DNA from: the human T2T-CHM13v2.0 reference genome, Homo sapiens | Direction of reading: 5' to 3' | Length of the DNA stretch: 64,000 nucleotides | Assembly (NCBI GenBank): GCA_009914755.4 | Contig: CP086569.2 | Coordinates: 32,896,001 to 32,960,000, forward strand | Shown here: one piece after another, positions 1-64,000 of the stretch | How positions within the stretch are numbered: the stretch's first letter is position 1 | Layout of the letters: each line of letters starts with the position of its first letter | Made by a program: the position numbers and the translations under genes | Notes under the pieces: model-generated | What the model saw: the letters and a program-made list of their open reading frames with translations, nothing else | Databases searched by the model: none | What the model was told of the DNA's origin: nothing

Positions 1-831
1 ATATATATGGTATACAATATATATTTTATGATATGTATCCTATATGTTTTATATTCTGTTATATATAACTATTTGAAATTATATATAACTGTATAATATT
101 TTATGTAAATATGTAATATAATATATATAACTATATAATATATTATATATAACTATATATTATGTTATATATACTTTTATAACATAATTTACATAAAATA
201 TCATAATATAATATATATTATATTATTTCATATTACATAATATATATTACATATCACCCAATATAACTAACATACATAATATTATAATATAGATTATATT
301 GTGTTATATTAAATATCATATATATCTTGTATCATATATTCTATAATATATATTACACATTATATAATATGTATGTTGTCTATTATGTGATATATATAAC
401 TATATATATAATTATATTTTTATACATATAACTAGATAAACATGTAATTCTACATATTTTCATTTATAATATGTAGAATTATATAATCATATATAATTAT
501 TTATATTCTATAAAAAATTTTATCATTATATAAATTATAATATATAAAAATTATAATATGTACTACAAATATATATATTATATATCATATATGATATAGT
601 ACCTTTGTTATATATCACAATACATATAAATGTGTATTATGTTATCTATAATTATATAATTTCATATATAAGATGTATAATATGTATCTTATATTATATA
701 AGTTATGTAATATATATAGTATATATAAGATGACACAGGATAAATATTATATACTATGACATATAAAATATATGAGGTTATATGTTACATATAAGGCATA
801 GCACATAACATGTAATATATATCATATATAA
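1..831. repeat. Partial unit U0: 3' part of an AT-rich block, A-type tail (ataagatgacacagg)
   Basis: Collinear with the AT-rich tails of later units, for example 2411-3240. Ends at the poly-T of the first Alu. Confidence 0.85.
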
Positions 832-1126
832 TTTTTTTTTAGACAGAATCTTGTCCTGTTGCACATGGTGGGGTACAATGGCGCCATCTTTGCTCACTGC
901 AACTTCTGCCTCACGGGTCCAAGCGATTGTCCTCCCTCAGCCTCCCAGGTAGCTGGGACTACACCACACTGGGACTACACCAGCTGCCACCATGCCTAGC
1001 TAATTTTTTGGATTTTTAGTAGTGACAGCGTTTCACTGTATTGGCCAGGATGGTCTTGATCTCTTCACCTTGTGATCCCCTTGCCTTGGCCTCCAAATTT
1101 GCTGGGATTACAGGCCTGAGCCAAGA
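832..1126 (-). mobile_element. Alu SINE, AluY-like, 5'-truncated; ancestral copy amplified with the satellite unit
   Basis: A T9 run at 832-840 is the poly-A tail on the minus strand. The reverse complement reads ggctcaggcctgtaatcccagcaaatttggaggccaagg..., and ccaggatggtcttgatctc is the AluY-type GATGGTCT/GATCTC signature. Many former CpG sites read TG or CA. Confidence 0.9.
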
Positions 1127-1700
1127 TCCATATTTTGTAAATGAAAAAAAATTTCAAAGGTACTCTGCTTGGTACAATAATCAAATGTATAAACTGAGGA
1201 ATAAAACATAACCATGAAACCTACTTATAACTGCATATGGAAAATACAGAGGATAATTTTTTAAATAACATATTTTGAAAGCCTTAACTAGTAATTTGAA
1301 GAGTTGGCATTTGAAAGGCCAGTATGAATATACCTTCAAAGCAGCAACACAGGTTCCCCATGAGAAAAAGCAAACACAGGGAAAATAAAAACACAAAGGT
1401 TCAATCTCTTCTGACCTTTGAAAGACACAGCACAGACAGTGGTCCTTAGGACGAAGAGCAGGAGACCCCTAATTCCGTCACCATGGCGATAGGGCATAAA
1501 CATTGCTGGGTGAGGGCACAATCCACATTGTGAGGTCCAACTGCTGCCAGGAAGACAGGAGTGCTTTTACATAGACCGAAAGGTCATTGAAGGCTCAGAG
1601 TTTTGTTTCAAGAACTGAATCCCAAGCCCACACGTTATTAGGCTGCGCTTCTTAAAACAAGTTATGAGATGGGAAAAAGGGCACCCACAAACATACGTAT
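1127..1700. other. Unit-internal ~575 bp unique, unclassified segment of moderate GC content, between the Alu 5' end and the AT block. Representative of all units.
   Basis: It is not low-complexity and retains CpGs (acgtta, gcgctt, ccgtcac, gacgaag, gaccgaaag). It carries the spurious 61-aa and 71-aa ORFs. No recognisable protein or RNA gene signature. Confidence 0.7.
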
Positions 1701-3240
1701 ACATTATGTATAAAATAATATACAGTGTCATATATATAATATATATAACCTAGGTATAATATTGTTTTACATCCTGCATCTTATGTTATTTATATTGTAT
1801 AAAATATAATAATAGATAATATATAAGTTTTATAATTATACAATATGACATATAGTATATATTATAATTTATGACATATAAAATATATGTTATATATCAT
1901 ATATAGAATATATTATACGGTTAATATACGTATTAAATATAAATTATACATTATATATATTATATATAATATATCTGTTATATATAATACCCATTATGCA
2001 TAATATATATATTATGTCTATGTTATATATAGTATAAAACAACATATAATAATATATAATTGTATATATAAAATGCGACATATAATATATATTATATTTT
2101 ATAACATATGTAATATATATTATATATAATACGTTGTATGTATAATACCTATATTAAATATATATTATATGACTATGTTATTAATTACATGTCACATGTG
2201 TTATATATTATATATTTTACATAGAATATACCGGTTACATACAATATATACTATGTTACCTATAATGTATAATTTATTACATGTAAAATAAAGAATGCAA
2301 TATATTATGTATAATTTATAATATACAATATGTGGAATGTGATACATATAACATATAATATATGATATATGATATACAGTACATGATATATAACATACAA
2401 TATATGATTCCTAATATATATGGTATACAATATATATTTTATGATATGTATCCTATATGTTTTATATTCTGTTATATATAACTATTTGAAATTATATATA
2501 ACTGTATAATATTTTATGTAAATATGTAATATAATATATATAACTATATAATATATTATATATAACTATATATTATGTTATATATACTTTTATAACATAA
2601 TTTACATAAAATATCATAATATAATATATATTATATTATTTCATATTACATAATATATATTACATATCACCCAATATAACTAACATACATAATATTATAA
2701 TATAGATTATATTGTGTTATATTAAATATCATATATATCATGTATCATATATTCTATAATATATATTACACATTATATAATATGTATGTTGTCTATTATG
2801 TGATATATATAACTATATATATAATTATATTTTTTACATATAACTAGATAAACATGTAATTCTACATATTTTCATTTATAATATGTAGAATTATATAATC
2901 ATATATAATTATTTATATTGTATAAAAAATTTTATCATTATATAAATTATAATATATAAAAATTATATGTACTACAAATATATATATTATATATCATATA
3001 TGATATAGTACCTTTGTTATATATCATAATACATATAAATGTGTATTATGTTATCTATAATTATATAATTTCATATATAAGATGTATAATATGTATCATA
3101 TATTATATATGTTATGTAATATATATAGTATATATAAGATGACACAGGATAAATATTATATACTATGACATATAAAATATATGAGGTTATATGTTACATA
3201 TAAGGCATAGCACATATCATGTAATATATATCATATATAA
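1701..3240. repeat. Unit-internal AT-rich low-complexity block, ~1.5 kb and ~85-90% A+T. Representative of all units.
   Basis: Degenerate repeats of tatataactata, atatgatatat and (ta)n. The rare G/C islands are conserved across units, for example accggttacatacaat, aaaatgcgacatataat and tacggttaatatacgtatt. Confidence 0.85.
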
Positions 3241-12919
<9,679 letters not shown>

Positions 12920-13214
12920 TTTTTTTTTAGACAGAGTCTTGTCGTGTTGCACAGGGTGAAGTACAATGGCGCCATCTTTGCTCACTGCAACATCTGCCTC
13001 ACAGTTCAAAGCGATTGTCCTCCCTCAACCTCTCAGGTAGCTGGGAGTACACCACACTGGGACTACACCAGCTGCCACCATGCCTAGCTAATTTTTTGTA
13101 TTTTTAGTAGTGACAGCGTTTCACTGTATTGGCCAGGATGGTCTTGATCTCTTCACCTTGTGATCCCCTTGCCTTGGCCTCCAAATTTGCTGGGATTACA
13201 GGCCTGAGCCAAGA
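12920..13214 (-). mobile_element. Alu (unit copy), B2 variant with clustered substitutions
   Basis: T9 at 12920-12928. Confidence 0.9.
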
Positions 13215-15337
13215 TCCATATTTTTTAAATGAAAAAAAATTTCAAAGGTACTCTGCTTGGTACAATAATCAAATGTATAAACTGAGGAATAAAACATAAC
13301 CATGAAACCTACTTATAACTGCATATGGAAAATACAGAGGATAATTTTTTAAATAACATATTTTGAAAGCCTTAACTAGTAATTTGAAGAGTTGGCATTT
13401 GAAAGGCCAGTATGAATATACCTTCAAAGCAGCAACACAGGTTCCCCATGAGAAACAGCAAACTCAGGGAAAATAAAACCACAAAGGTTCAAGCTCTTCT
13501 GACCTTTGAAAGACACAGCACAGACAGTGGTCCTTAGGAGGAAGAGCAGGAGACCCCTAATTCCGTCACCATGGCGATAGGGCATAAACATTGCTGGGTG
13601 AGGGCACAATCCACATTGTGAGGTCCAACTGCTGCCAGGAAGACAGGAGTGCTTTTACATAGACCGAAAGGTCATTGAAGGCTCAGAGTTTTGTTTCAAG
13701 AACTGAATCCCAAGCCCACACGTTATTAGGCTGCGCTTCTTAAAACAAGTTATGAGATGGGAAAAAGGGCACCCACAAACATACGTATACATTATGTATA
13801 TAATAATATACAGTATCATATATATAATATATATAACCTATGTATAATATTGTTTTACATCCTGCATCTTATATTATATATATTGTCTAAAATATAATAA
13901 TTGATAATATATAAGTTTTATATTTATACAATATGACATATAGTATATATTATAATTTATGACATATATAATATATGTTATATATCATATATAGAATATA
14001 TTATACGGTTAATATACGTATTAAATATAAATTATACATTATATATATTATATATAATATATCTGTTATATATAATACCTATTATGCATAATATGTATAT
14101 TATGTCTATGTTATATATAGTATAAAACAACATATAATAATATATAATTGTATATATAAAATGCGACATATAATATATATTATATTTTATGACATATGTA
14201 ATATATATTATATATTATATATAATACGTTGTATGTATAATACCTATATTAAATATATATTATATGACTATGTTATTAATTACATGTCACATGTGTTATA
14301 TATTATATATTTTACATAGAATATACCGGTTACATACAATATATACTATGTTACCTATAATGTATAATTGATTACATGTAAAATAAAGAATGCAATATAT
14401 TATGTATAATTTATAATATACAATATGTGGAATGTGATATATATAACATATAATATATGATATATGATATACAGTATATGATATATAACATACAATATAT
14501 GATACCTAGTATATATGGTATACAATATATATTTTATGATATGTATTCTATATGTTTTATATTCTGTTATATATAACTATTTGAAATTATATATAACTGT
14601 ATAATATTTTATGTAAATATGTAATATAATATATATAACTATATAATATATTATATATAACTATATATTATGTTATATATACTTTTATATCATAATTTAC
14701 AGAAAATGTCATAATATAATATATATTATATTATTTCATATTACATAATATATATTACATATCACCCAATATAAGTAACATACATAATATTATAATATAG
14801 ATTATATTATGTTATGTTAAATATCATATATATCATGTATCATATATTCTATAATATATATTATACATTATATAATATGTATGTTGACTATTATGTGATA
14901 TATATAACTATATATTATTATATTATTATACATATAACTAGATAAACATGTAATTCCACATATTTTCATTTATAATATATAGAATTATATAATCATATAT
15001 AATTATTTATATTCTATAAAAAATTATATCATTATATAAATTATAATATAAAAAAATTATAATATGTACTACAAATATATATATTATATATCATATATGA
15101 TATAGTACCTTTGTTATATATCATAATACATATAAATGTGTATTATGTTATCTATAATTATATAATTTCATATATAAGATGTATAATATGTATTATATAT
15201 TGTATATGTTATGTAATATATATAGTATATATAAGATGACACAGGATAAATATTATATACTATGACATATAAAATATATGAGGTTATATGTTACATATAA
15301 GGCATAGCACATAACATGTAATATATATCATATATAA
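12920..15337. repeat. Unit U6 (2418 bp), class B2
   Basis: gtcgtgttgcacagggtgaagtac; cacagttcaaagcg; ctcaacctctcagg; agaaacagcaaactc; ggttcaagctc. U9 shares this set. Confidence 0.85.
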
Positions 15338-63967
<48,630 letters not shown>

Positions 63968-64000
63968 TCCATATTTTTTAAATGAAAAAAAATTTCAAAG

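Larger units (their letters stand above)
832..3240. repeat. Unit U1 (2409 bp), class A
   Basis: The Alu head reads agacagaatc...ggggtac. Also present are ctaattttttggatttttag, caaacacaggg and aaaaacacaaagg, plus the short form of the 7-bp indel site (tatatattatatataatacg). Confidence 0.85.

Noticed and set aside
1701-3240. A palindromic AT-rich repeat (PATRR-like long inverted repeat) inside the AT block
   Set aside because: Reading both strands, the AT block shows only short local palindromes (tatata, accggt). It is built from direct degenerate motifs and has no long inverted symmetry.

Overview
This window is primate, most likely human, and non-coding throughout. It holds about 26.5 head-to-tail copies of a ~2.41-2.42 kb macrosatellite unit; measured periods range from 2409 to 2421 bp.

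Each unit has three parts:
- A minus-strand Alu of ~295 bp. It is AluY-like, with heavy CpG decay, a 5' truncation of about 12 nt, and an internal 16-17 bp tandem duplication.
- A ~575 bp unclassified segment of moderate GC content.
- A ~1.5 kb block that is roughly 85-90% A+T. It is built from degenerate TATATAACTATA-, ATATGATATAT- and (TA)n-like motifs.

The window opens inside an AT block and ends inside the 27th Alu.

Unit size (~2.4 kb), composition (Alu plus unique segment plus AT block) and homogeneity match what I recall of the DYZ2 / HSat1B satellite of human Yq12; smaller HSat1B blocks also occur on acrocentric short arms. I cannot align the sequence here, so the locus name is an inference.

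I see no protein-coding gene, RNA gene, CRISPR array or prokaryotic-type system. Every ORF in the supplied track is short and repeats with the unit; I treat them as by-products of near-identical satellite copies.

The interest lies in how the array is organised:
- Units fall into variant classes, labelled here A, B1, B2, B3 and C, arranged in blocks: A, then B, A, B, A, C.
- Block boundaries lie inside particular hybrid units.
- Between ~12.9 and 27.4 kb there is a ~7.25 kb, three-unit higher-order periodicity.
- Unit length falls into two classes, 2413 and ~2420 bp, caused by a few recurrent indels.
- Many inter-unit substitutions fall at CpG sites.
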